In this document: piece by piece, positions 12,486-23,256 of the stretch
How positions within the stretch are numbered: position 1 is the stretch's first letter
Layout of the letters: each line of letters starts with the position of its first letter
The notes under the pieces: model-generated
The model's database searches: none
What the model saw: only the letters and a program-made list of their open reading frames with translations
Told to the model about the DNA's origin: nothing
Program-made: the position numbers and the translations under genes
Assembly: GCA_010909165.1 (NCBI GenBank)
Contig: MU008216.1
Span: forward strand, 187,137 to 251,136
DNA from: Anthoceros angustus
Taxonomy: Eukaryota; Plantae; Anthocerotophyta
Direction of reading: 5' to 3'
Length of the DNA: 64,000 bases

Positions 12486-12521
12486 ATCGATGCCTCCAAA
12501 GAGTCCCACGAGCACTATGCC
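12486..12521 (-). pseudogene. C5-MTase motif I (SAM-binding FxGxG-like) within the gypsy pol region
   Basis: ggc ata gtg ctc gtg gga ctc ttt gga ggc atc gat = GIVLVGLFGGID, resembling G[IV]xLVELFxG[IL] of DNMT3/DRM-like and retrotransposon-borne DNMTs. Short match, supported by its position after the protease. Confidence 0.65.
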
Positions 12522-12929
12522 GCTTCCCGAGGTCGCCATGTGATGACTGGGTGTTTAGGTCTAAGCAGGCTCAACCCTAGGCAAGAACTTATGTAGTTCT
12601 CCTCATAGGACATGGTCCTCTTGCACCATCCTCCACAGCTTTTGCACGGCTCATTGCTGCAGTCACTCCGTCCGGTGACTTGAAGAACCTCCTCCGAGGG
12701 TGGTTGCAACCCTAGCTTGTTTCCTCCTCCTCGTCGAAATCCTCCATCGGTCGATTGCGGTTGTTAGACACACGCCAAGAGGTTCAAGCACGTATGGCGT
12801 GTCCTTCACTCTGGCGCCAAACCTGGGTGACGCTGGCAATGAGGTTCTCATGATCCTTGCCATGCGGTGCGAGGGATGCGGGCAATCCGTTCATCGGTTT
12901 TGCTCCAGCTTCTCGGCTGATCGATAGTA

Positions 12930-13290
12930 GTCTCCGTCCACAAATCCACCATGACTCGAGGTTTGTACAAAGCGTCCGCTCCCAAGACATCAAAAGTGTC
13001 GCATCGGTGACCAAGCGGTGTACCTCGACAAAGGTGAAGTCTCATTCTTGGTTTGAATGAAACCTTCAGCTTGTACCTTGTCATCCCCAACACATGCTCC
13101 GTGGTCCCAGCTGCAGTCTGGATCTTCCACTTGGTTTCCTTCAACCTTTCTTGGTGGAGACCCAACGCTTCCTTCACTCTTCTTCCAACGATCACCGGTG
13201 CTCGGTGTCAATCAACACCTCCTTGGTGCGAATCCATTGATTTCAATGTGCCTCTCCCGATTGTTGACCAAAGCCACTCCCACTCGTGCG
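12930..13290 (-). pseudogene. Retropepsin-like aspartic protease (gypsy pol), frameshifted
   Basis: LIDT(G)..MIVGRRVKEALGL..KIQTAAGTTEHVLGMT..FDVL(L)GADALY. Confidence 0.75.
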
Positions 13291-14199
13291 ACATTCGCTT
13301 CTCCACGAGATGCTTGGCTCGAGGTCAAGAATGACATCATTGCCACTGTTGTGGCAAATCTTGGACACTTGCTTCGTCTTCAAGGGTTGTCAACATCCGC
13401 CGAGTCAAACCCCGACTTCCTTCACGCTCAACCCCATGTCTTGTAGGGTGAAACATGGCATCTCCGAGCTTTTGTGCCATCGTCTCGTAACAATCGCATG
13501 GGTTTCTCCACATCGCCCACTGGACTTTGATGTTGCTCCCAGTTGCTCCTGGCAATGGCTCAAACGACTTTGGCATCTTGGCATAGGTTCGGAAGAGGAT
13601 CCGAAGCTTCCTTCCGTGTCTTCCCGCTGGTGTCAAGACATCCTCTTCTTCCTCGAGCTATCTTCTCTCGTAGGCGCGGAGGTTTCTTCCTGCCCTTGGA
13701 TCGTCACGATCGCCATGTATCCAAGCTTGTGCTCATCTTCTTCGTCCTCGATGATGAGCTGCTCTCCTTGATCTTCGCCTTCCGCTTCTCCACGAGATGC
13801 TTGGTTGAGGTCGGCAATGACATCATTGCCACTGTTGTGGCAAATCTTGGACACTTGCTTCGTCTTCAAGGGTTGTCAACATCCGCCGAGTCAAACCCAC
13901 GACTTCCTTCACGCTCAACCCCATGTCTTGTAGAAACATGGCATCTCCGAGCTTTTGTGCCATCGTCTCGTCAATCTGCGCATGGGTTTCTCCACATCGC
14001 CCACTGGACTTTGATGTTGCTCCCACGGTTGCTCCTGTTGGCAATGGCTCAAGCGACTTTGGCATCTTGGCATAGGTTCGGGAAGAGGATCCGAAGCTTC
14101 CTTCCGTGTCTTCCGCCTGCGGTGTCAAGACATCCTCTTCTTCCTCTGAGCTATCTTCTCTCGTAGCGCGGAGGTTTCTTCCCCTTGGATCAGTCACGA

Positions 14200-15530
14200 T
14201 CGCCATGTATCAAGCTTGTGCTCATCTTCTTCGTCCTCGATGATGAGCTGCTGCTCTCCTTGATCTTCGCCTTCACCAACTTCTCCAGCTTTGCAAGGCG
14301 TGCCACGTAGCATCCATCGTCTTCTTTGATGCTTCCGTTTCTTTTGTCCACGGACTTCAGTGCCTCCTCCACGGCGCCTTTGCTCTTCGCCGATTTTGTG
14401 GATGAGGTTGGCGAGATGCATTGGCGGGGTTGCTGCTCGATAACCCGTAGGCCGCAATTCGGATGCTTCTCCCAACATGCCGCTTCATTGTGCCGTACCT
14501 CCCACACCTAGGGCATGGCTCCTCACCCTTGACTCCTCCGAATGCATGCTCGCACTCATGAGGGGAATGGTCCGTCCTCGGCACCTCACGCAGGGCTCGT
14601 CACTTGGGGTGTGGGTGGCTTGTCTCGCCGAGCTCCTCCACTCGACCTCCGCGTCGGTCATGTCGTCCACCACTCCTACTTGTCTTGGAGTAATCACTTG
14701 CAACAAGACGAGAGAAAGTGTCGTGGGCCCTATCTTGTCGACCATCTCGTACACTTCCTTGAGGGTGTAGTGTTGCCTTCGTCTTGTGCACCGCTTGTTG
14801 CACCTTCATGCGCAGTGCATATGGCAATGCCTGCAAGTACTTCTCTGCAGCCAGTCGGTCACTCATGATCTTGGTGTCACGTACCAAGCGGTCGATTCTT
14901 GATAAGCCATCTTGGTCTCGCTGACTTCATCTTGAAGTGTGTCACCGAGATCTTCTCATCCGTGCTTGCGAAACTCCAGGGAAGATGTCAAACATCTCTT
15001 GATGGGATCGTGCCCACTTGGTGCCACTGCTCCGTTTGCTTGGTTCCTTCAGAGCTGCTACTCACTTTGGTCCTCCGATGTGCTCAACAACCTCGCCTTG
15101 TGCTCGCGATAACGCCAATGCTTCATCCCCAAGTACTTGGCATTTGGATGAAGCCGTATCGCTTCGTGTATCCGGTCTTCAATTCCATCTCCGCACACAC
15201 CGCATTACTTCTCGATGAAGTCCTCCGGTGGCAAGGTGCCGCTTCCGTGAACAACTCCATTCGATCCTTGTCTCCTCCCATCTTGACGACTCCTAGAGAC
15301 AAGTCCTCCTCGCTGTCGCTTCCGCTGAGTTGTCCCGGCACCAACGTGTCTTGTGTGTTGCCACTCACAGATCCTTCAAAGATTGTTGATTGGGTCGCTG
15401 GGTTCCTCCGTGTCCTTCGCTGGTACCAAAATCGAGGTGTTCGCACTTCTCTCTCTTGGTCGGGACTTCGAATTCGCTCTGATGGACTTGCTGGTTGGTA
15501 GCTCCGTCCGGATCGAGTGTGTCCAGGCAT
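14200..15530 (-). pseudogene. Gypsy gag with CX2CX4HX4C zinc knuckle, frameshifted
   Basis: MSDRLAAEKYLQALPYALRMKV; CPRCGRYG-HNEAACWEKHP reconstructed across a frameshift at ~14470-14520. Confidence 0.75.
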
Positions 15531-15929
15531 GCACTCCAGGCGGTTAGTGGCTAGGTCAAACCCTTAATCAAGGTTAACACACCCCGCTAACTTAGATCGT
15601 GATTAGTGAAACCTCTAAGTATCTATGCATGTTTAAATTGCATACAAATACTCTGCAGGCTACAGCTGTGGGTGAGTTGGATAGCAAGCATAGAACTCAG
15701 TTAAGCACGTGGGTGGATCGAGTGGATGGGGTGATCAGGGATGGGTCAGGACTGGACGATCAGTGACTGATGACATACCCATGTCTATCCACTTCTCCCT
15801 TATCCCTTGGAATCAGGGCCCAAGAGTAAAATACTCTTGTTTCTCCTTGGTTGGTTGGCCTTAAAGGCCACCCCCTGTGGAGGCCTCATTCCTCTCCTTG
15901 GTAGCTTCTTCTCCTTATCCTTGGTGGCC

Positions 15930-16300
15930 CTTCTCTCTCCTTGGCCTTGGACTTGGCCTTGGCCTTGGCCTCCTCCTCTCCTTGGCCTTGGACTTGGGCT
16001 TCTTCGCCTCCTCCTCTCCTTGGCCTTGGACTTGGGCTTCTTGCCTCCTCTCCTTGGGCTTGCCTCCTCTCCTTGGCCTTGGACTTGGGCTTCTTGCCTC
16101 CTCTCCTTGGCCTTGGACTTCTTGGGCTCTCGCCTCGCCTGCATGGCCTAGCATGGCCTATGCTTAGCATCACCTAGCATCGCCTAGCGTCACCTAGCGG
16201 CCTGGCATCGCCTGGCATCACCTAGCAGCCTAGCATCGCCTGGCATCACCTAGCATCGCCTGGCATCACCTAGCATCGCCTAGCATCACACTGCCTAGCG
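15930..16300. repeat. Gypsy 5' leader tandem arrays (~33-bp CTCCTCTCCTTGGCCTTGGACTTGGGCTTCTTG units, then CCTAGCATC units)
   Basis: Direct inspection; accounts for the low-complexity ORFs at 15800-16177. Confidence 0.9.
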
Positions 16301-16321
16301 GCCTATCTAGTGTACACACGA

Positions 16322-16334
16322 GATCATAGCTTGT
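16322..16334 (-). promoter_or_regulatory. Self-priming primer-binding site (Tf1/sushi type)
   Basis: Minus strand ACA|AGCTATGATC at the LTR end is the exact 13-nt complement of GATCATAGCTTGT at 16480-16468, about 30 nt downstream of TATATATA (16512-16505). No tRNA-type TGG PBS is present. Confidence 0.75.
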
Positions 16335-16835
16335 AACAGGAGGGAGTAGCTCGCATGTCGTGGCACAAACACACTCTCCCACGAGAACAACACACAAATT
16401 CCTTACACATCGCTCTGAGTCATAGCTTTGGCCTCCTCACAACGCTCTTGCATTGCATATCTAGAGGACAAGCTATGATCGAGCTTGTCCTCAATGGAAG
16501 GGTCTATATATACTAGACTGGCATCGGCATATTCCTAAGATATCCTATTGGCATCGTATGCGAAATATCCTAAGAATACACTATAATATGCAAGGAATAT
16601 GCCAAAGCATATTACTTGAGCTTATCCACTTAGCTATTGTAACCATGTTTAATTAACACTAATCAATGCTTAATTAATATAAGCTTTAGATTAATTATCA
16701 CTAATCAATGCTTAATTAACATAAGCACTTAGATTAATTAACACTAATTACTTACTTAAAGATAAGTAATTAGATTAATTAATGCTAACCAAACACTAAA
16801 CCCAAGTGCAGAGATTAGTATTACACGGCATGACA
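16332..16835 (-). mobile_element. 504-bp 5' LTR
   Basis: Minus strand TGTCATGCC...CCTGTTACA; TATA box at 16505-16512; 11-bp-stem hairpin at 16464-16492. Confidence 0.8.
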
Positions 16836-16852
16836 AAGCTCAAACTCTGTAT

Positions 16853-19800
16853 GTTCGGTCCAGTCAGTCATTTTGCCTCGGTCCCGGTACCTCTTCTCTA
16901 CCCTTCAGCGTTTACAGGCCCTTTTCGTCCCCCATCCAATGGGCGATTCACACCCTCCGTGTTGTCAGGACACTCCTAGCCTTGTCCATGTGCTCAACTC
17001 TTCACGCGCGGGTGGGGTGAAAACTCATCACATGCATAAAGATTTCGACCGACTACTGCCCAAGTGCACGCGACCTCCTCCACGTCCGCCCGGCTCCGGC
17101 CCGGTAGCTTTCTCCTTGTGGTGCCTCTTTCTTCCAGGGAATGGTTGCGAGTCGGTGGATCACATCCTTGGGATGTTCAACCCGCTTTCCATGTCGCGCA
17201 TCTTCCGCAGCTTTCGGCACCTTCACGATGATGCCCGGCCTCGGCATTTCGCCTTCCCTAGATCGCCTTGCGCTCGATCCGGGATGAGTTAGCTTGGTGC
17301 CTCCTCCTTCTTCTCCCCGATGGTGTCTTGATTGCACTAGGGAGGGTTCGGCGCAAGTGAAGTTGCTAGCCGTCTTGAGCGTTTGGTGGCGGTAGGCGGC
17401 TCTTGAGAGGAGGCGGCGTCTTTGTCCGAGGCGGAATCACCTTTCGGCTTGGAATAGGTACGGGTAATGCAACAAACCTACGCCGCAGTTGCTTGGCAGA
17501 GGTGAATATGCCCGCCGCTAGGGCTCTTCAACCCGTCCCTCTGGCCCCCACAATTGCTGCCCTCCGTGCCTCCATCCGCCACCTAAGGATGCCATTCCCC
17601 GGACATATCCGACTATGTCCAGAGGATCCTTCTCCACAGGCCGAGGCGGCTTTTGCTCGCTCTTTCCACAACCCTCGTCTTTCATCCGCTTGTTTGTCGG
17701 GAATGGTGTTCGAACACCTTAGGGACCTCTTTCTCCCGAAGATCCATCCGGTGGCTTTCCGAGCTCTTTTCTCGGTCCGGTGGCTCGTGGAGAGATGCCT
17801 CACCGGATTTCAGCTGTCTTGCAGCTAGTAGGCTTGTCGCTATGGACAAGCCTGCCCCTGGCTCGTGCGCCCACTCGCGGTTGGGGAGGCCTTCATGCGG
17901 CTACTCAGCCGCACTATCGCCCTGCAGTGCCGCTCCCTTCTCCAGCAGCACTTCAACCCCCTTCAATTTGGCATTGCCACTCCGGGGGGCTGCGAGTCTG
18001 TGGTGCTAGGGGTGAAAGCTTGCCTTGATACCCACCCGGATTGGGTAGTCTTACAGGTGGATGTCGAGAACGCCTTCAATACCATTTCTGAGCCATCTTT
18101 GAGGAGCTTAGGGATGTCAAGGCGGGAGTCTTATACCCTTTGTCCGGTGCTTCTACGGGAGATTGCTCCGACTCTTGGTCTGCGGATTCTTGGGGTCCCC
18201 TTTGGTTCCGCCGACTTCATTGGGAGCTTCCTGGACAAGGCCCTTGCAGAGACCTCTCCCATATTGGGGACCTCCTTTGGAGGATGCCTGTGTGGCCTTT
18301 GGAATCCTTTCCTTCTATTGCTAGGCGCCTGGTACCTCATCCAGACGCCTGCCTCCGGCCCTTTTCGTCCCCCATCCAATGGGGGCGATTCACACCCTCC
18401 GTGACTGCCAGACACTCCTAGCCTTGTCCAAGATGTGCTCAACTCTGCGGGCGTCGGGGTGAAAACTCATCTCACATAAAGATTTCGACCGACTACAGGC
18501 TGCCCAAGTGCACGCCGCGACCTCCTCCACGTCCATTGCCGCTCGGCGCCGCGGTAGCTTTCTCCTTGTGGTGCCTCTTTCTTCCACAGGAATGGTTGAG
18601 TCCACTGGATCACATCCTTGGGATGTTCAACCCGCTTTCCATGTCCGCGCATCTTCCGCAGCTTTCGGCACCTTCACGATGATGCCTCGGCATTTCGTCT
18701 TCCCTAGATCGCCTTGCGCTCGATCCGGGATGAGTTAGCTTGGTGCCTCCTCCTTCTTCTCCCCGATGGTGTCTTGATTGCACTAGGGAGGGGTTCTGGC
18801 ATAGCGTAAGTTGCTAACCCGTCTTAATTTGTCGGGGCGGCTCTTGAGAGGAGGCGTACGTCGCCAAGCCGGCGGAATCCTTTCGGATTGGAATAGGTAC
18901 GGGTAATGCAACAAACCTACGCCGCAGTTGCTTGGCTGGTGAATATGCCCGTTGCTAGGGCTCTTCAACCCCTCGGCCCCCACAATTGCTGCCTCCGTGC
19001 CCTCCATCCGCCACCTAAGGATGCCATTCCCCGGACATATCCGACTATGTCCCGGAGGATCCTTCTCCGACCGGCGGCTTTTGCTCAGCTCTTTCCACAA
19101 CCCTCGTCTTTCATCTCGCTTGTTTGTAAGAATGGTGTTCGAACACCTTAGGGACCTCTTTCTCCCGAAGATCCATCCGGTGCTTTCCGGAGCTCTTTTC
19201 TCGGTGCTGCGGTGGCTCGTGGAGAGATGCCTCACCGGTTTCACCGTCTTGCGGCTAGTAGGCTTGTCGCTATGGACAAGCACCTGCCTTCGTCGCCCCA
19301 CTCGCGGTTGGGGAGGCCTTCATGCGGCTACTCACCGCACTATCGCTTCCTGCAGTTGCCGCTCCCTTCTCCAAAGAAGACACACCCCTTCAATTTGGCA
19401 TTGCCACTCTGCGTCATCGGTGCTAGGGGTGAAAGCTTGCCTTGATACCCACCCGGATTGGGTAGTCATACGGTGGATGTCGAGAACGCCTTGATACCAT
19501 TTCTCGGAGCGTCATCTTTGAGGAGCTTAGGGATGCTGGCGGCGTCCTGGGGAGTCTTATACCCTTTGTCCGGTGCTTCTACGGGAGATTGCTCCGACTC
19601 TTGGTCTGCGGATTCTTGGGGTCCCCTTTGGTTCCGCCGACTTCATTGGGAGCTTCCTGGACAAGGCCCTTGCAGAGGACCTCTCCCATATTGGGGACCT
19701 CCCTTTGCTGGAGGATGCTCAGGTGGCCTTTGGAATCCTTTCCTTCTGTTTCGCTAGGCGCCCTGGGTACCTCATCCGTACGCTGCCTCCGTCTCCGGTC

Positions 19801-21100
19801 CTTTTGTCCCGGCTCCGGGGGTTTGATACGAAGATTATGGATACTCTTGGGGACATCCTGGGCTCAGGGGCTTTTGAGTGCCCTGGGGGCGACCTGGCCC
19901 GCTGGCAAGCATCCCTGCCTGTGCAATTTGGAGGCGTAGGACTGCTCTCATCGGAGGTCTCTTCCCCGGCGGCTTTCTTGGGGAGTTGGGCCCTCTCTGC
20001 CCCTGCCTTGGCTTCCCGTTTCATCCTCCATGACAAGCCCTTTCTCGAGGATCTCGTATCAAGTGTGGAGGAGGAACCTTCTCTCTCAATCGTCCTTGAG
20101 GCGGGCCGGAGACATGTTATCGCAGATGCTCAAGGACTTCCCTCCTTTCTCTACATTTATCATCGATGGCTTTAGGGATTGCGAGGCATCTACGCTCGAG
20201 AAGCGCCGCCAGTTTTTCACCGTCCTCCAGACCCTCCATCTCTAGGTCCACTAGGCGCGGCTCGCTCTTGTTAGGAAGGGAGGCGGTGCTTGCTCTTGGC
20301 CCGCCCATGCATACGGGATTTCACATCGCACCAACCACCTTCACTATCGCGATGCGATTCCGTCTCGGCCTACTCCACTGGCTTCTTCGCTCCTCACTTG
20401 TGAGTGCGGCTCGCCTTGACGCCTCGTGTCCACCTTGCTCGTTGTCCCCACGGGGTCATCGCATTGCCACTCACGACGCCATCCGTGACGTCATGTTTGC
20501 CATTGCTCGCGAAAGTGGCTATATGGCACGGAGGCGGGAGTATACTCTTCTTGGTCGTTCAATCGGGCGGACTTATACCTTGTCCGTGACCACTGTGGTG
20601 GCGGATGTAGTAGTTCTGACCACGTGGCGCCACCTCCGCCAGTCATCACCAACCGCCCAGCCGCTGCCCGGCGCCTCAAGGTCCGCAAGTAGTGATGCAA
20701 GCGGGCCACCTCTTTATCCGCTTGCTCTAGAAACGTTAATGGTCGAGGACTTTGACAAATTCATCAAGTCTTGTGCCAAAGCTTACCATGCAGTATAGTG
20801 TGGTCGTCCTCTCAGATTACAAAGATACTCCGAATGGGTTTCTATTGCTCTTCAACGGCGCCTCAACGATTCTCCATAAAGGCGGCGGTGGGTGATGCCT
20901 TTTCCTCTTCCTGTGGTTTGCGGTGCCGCTTATTCTACCCGTGATATGACATTGTGTGCGCTTGGTCACTTTAGGTAGCTCGGTTGCTCCTCTTCACTCT
21001 GACCCCCGGGTCCCCATTTGTTGTCCCCTCCTAGATGGTCTCTTTCCATCGTTCTTTCACCTCAATAAATCATCCTTTATTTCATCATCTATATAAACAA
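16853..21100 (+). mobile_element. CRE-like non-LTR retrotransposon (RT + CCHC + RLE) with a ~1.5-kb internal tandem duplication
   Basis: RPLAVGEAFMRLLSR..LQFGIATPGGCESVV..HPDWVVLQVDVENAFN (RT); LGVPFGSADF; ARWQASLPVQFGGVGL; RFRLGL..HRIATHDAIRDVMF..VVADVVV..LYPLALET (RLE). 16900-18390 is repeated at 18360-19600. The QGDPL/YxDD core appears deleted. Confidence 0.88.
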
Positions 21101-21191
21101 CTTTCATACTTGTCTAAGTATGAGTAATCTCCTATACAAATAAATAAGTACAAACCAAACTGTTTCCTCAGCCCATGAGCTGTAGCCATGT

Positions 21192-21548
21192 GAGTACCGT
21201 ACCCCGAGGGGTGGTTCTACAGGATAATGCCGAAATAATTATTTTTTGAAAAAATAAGGTTCAACATAAATATTTATATTTTTTTAAAATTTTAACATTT
21301 ACAAAAAATAATTTTATCAAATTTTAACATTTATTAAAATACATAGGTATATATATAAAACTAATGGATATGTATAGACCTCCCCTAAATAGGCCCTAAT
21401 TTTCCACACAAACCCTAGTTTCCTTATTTTTGATCATAAACTCATAAATTTTACCTATTCAACATTTTAAGTATAATATTTTCTGGATTTTCAACTTTTA
21501 CTAATTTTAATTAATTAACGCCGAATCACCCCTTGGGGTACGGTACTC
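21192..21548. mobile_element. MITE-like element, 357 bp, 26-bp TIRs
   Basis: GAGTACCGTACCCCGAGGGGTGGTTC (21192-21217) vs reverse complement of 21523-21548, GAGTACCGTACCCCAAGGGGTGATTC: 24/26 identical. AT-rich non-coding interior. Confidence 0.85.
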
Positions 21549-21725
21549 TACCTCCATAGAAGAAAAGACAAATGTGCGGTGGAATTTAAGTTTTTTTAAT
21601 TAATAAAATAATTAAAATACAAAACATAAATCTGAGTTTGAACGACTAGTACTAGCCCAATTTGAATCAATATTAAACTTAGGAATCACAAAGTATAAGA
21701 AGAAGAAGAATTTTATTTAAGTCCA

Positions 21726-23107
21726 CTAAGGACGGATTTCCGTCATGGGACTTGGTACTTTGTGAAGTAAAATTATCACGTCTTGCGCTCCCAAACTCGC
21801 GAGTCCTTTGCTCCTTGTAGAGGAATTTCGTGCAAGGCTGTTAACGCAGATGTCCGGTAGAGAGGGAGTCGGTGGTGGAGTGCTTGCGAGGGCTTGCTCC
21901 TTGCAGGCGTTGCTCCTTGTGAATGGTTCTGTGAAATTGCTTTGCTTTGGGTGTGTGGCGATGCCCAAGGAACTCTCGGCTTGAGGGTAGACTACAGGAA
22001 AGACTGGAGGTTCTCACTGGCCCTGGTGCAAACTCATAGCAACTCGCCCAAGGAAGAACTTGCTAGCTTGTAGGGCACCCAGAACAGCTTAGCTAGGGCC
22101 ACGAGCTTGAAGTAAGGTTAGATTAGGAGGATGAGAAGTTGAGTTGAGGTGAGTGTTGAGGAGAATGTGGAGCCGAATGTTGAGTAGAGGAGTAGGTAGA
22201 GATTAGAGTAAGAAGAAGGCCCAAGTCGAGCCTAAGGAGGGTCCCAAATCGCACCAAACCGAGACTGGAAGCTGGGCTAAGGTCTCAAAATCATCGGGTG
22301 GAGAAGTCGCGCTGCGCTGTAGGGGGTCCCTATGTGCGTAGGCTATGGACCTACCCAGAGGGTGGGACCCACGAGGGATGTCGCTAGGTCCAGAGCGGAG
22401 ATTTGACGAGCAGTGGAGGTGTCGTGGCCGCCAATGTGGAGTTTTGTGGGCGCAGTTGTAGTTGGAGCTGTGGCCTCGGAAGTTGGAGAGGCCTTGAACT
22501 AGGGCGAGGTAACTTATGCCGCCGCCAGTGCGACCCTACCGGTGGTAGGATGCGCCTGTGCTGGGATAGGTGTGTCTCCTCCCACGTAGGAATGAGGGTG
22601 TGGCCCACCAAAGGCACTAGATCTCCTACAACTCTCCTACAAGTGGTAGGAGGGTAGGCCCTACAATTGTTTGTTGTTGGTTGTAGGTCCCGAGGCGGCG
22701 ATTCGACGAGCAGCGGGGCGCGTCATTGCCGAGAGTTGGTGGTTGAGGATGTGCCAATTGTGGGAAGGCAATGGGAAAGGAATAGTGGAAGATCACGGGT
22801 GGTGAAGTCGCTGGCAAACGTAGGGGGTCCCTACGCATGTAGCCCGTGACCCATGCAATGTGGACCCATATAGTAGGTCGTGGTGATTGACGAGCAACAC
22901 GGTGAGGCGTGGTTGGCCCTGTGGAGTGAGTTGAGGTTGCTCCACCGTGTGAGGGAGCTTGGGTGTGAAGAGGTGTGTGTGCAGCCTGATACCGGGTGAC
23001 TGACAAACAAGAGTCTCATGGGACGAAACCTATTGTACTTAGCGACAGTGGGATAAGTGTGGCCACTAGAGGGTGAATCTCGGAAGCCCCGGGGTTTTCC
23101 TCCCACA
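21726..23107 (+). mobile_element. LTR-retrotransposon terminal fragment, inverted homolog of 30631-31560
   Basis: Ends ..GCCCCGGGGTTTTCCTCCCACA, the reverse complement of 30631-30660. 21760-22260 matches 31000-31545 in reverse. Confidence 0.7.
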
Positions 23108-23111
23108 AGTT

Positions 23112-23256
23112 GTGACTCCCTTATATCGCCATGGGTACCGCATGAGCAAGCATGAAGCACTGGCTCACTTTAGCCCCTATTTCTTGCTGTTCGGGAGGGA
23201 GCTTGTGCCTCCCACCTCCATCGCCAAGCACATGTACGAGGCCGTGGACTTAGTGA
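23112..23256 (+). pseudogene. Gypsy integrase C-terminal fragment
   Basis: (L)PYIAMGYRMSKHEALAHFSPYFLLFGRELVPP matches the end of the gypsy integrase core (..YR.S.H....SPY.LLFGR). Confidence 0.75.

Larger units (their letters stand above)
12477..16835 (-). mobile_element. Ty3/gypsy LTR retrotransposon, 5' half: LTR, self-priming PBS, leader repeats, gag, protease, start of C5 DNA methyltransferase; truncated by the CACTA end
   Basis: TG..CA LTR at 16332-16835, gag with zinc knuckle, DTG protease and methyltransferase motif I, all in order on the minus strand. Internal ~480-bp duplication (13310-13790 / 13790-14280). Confidence 0.85.
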
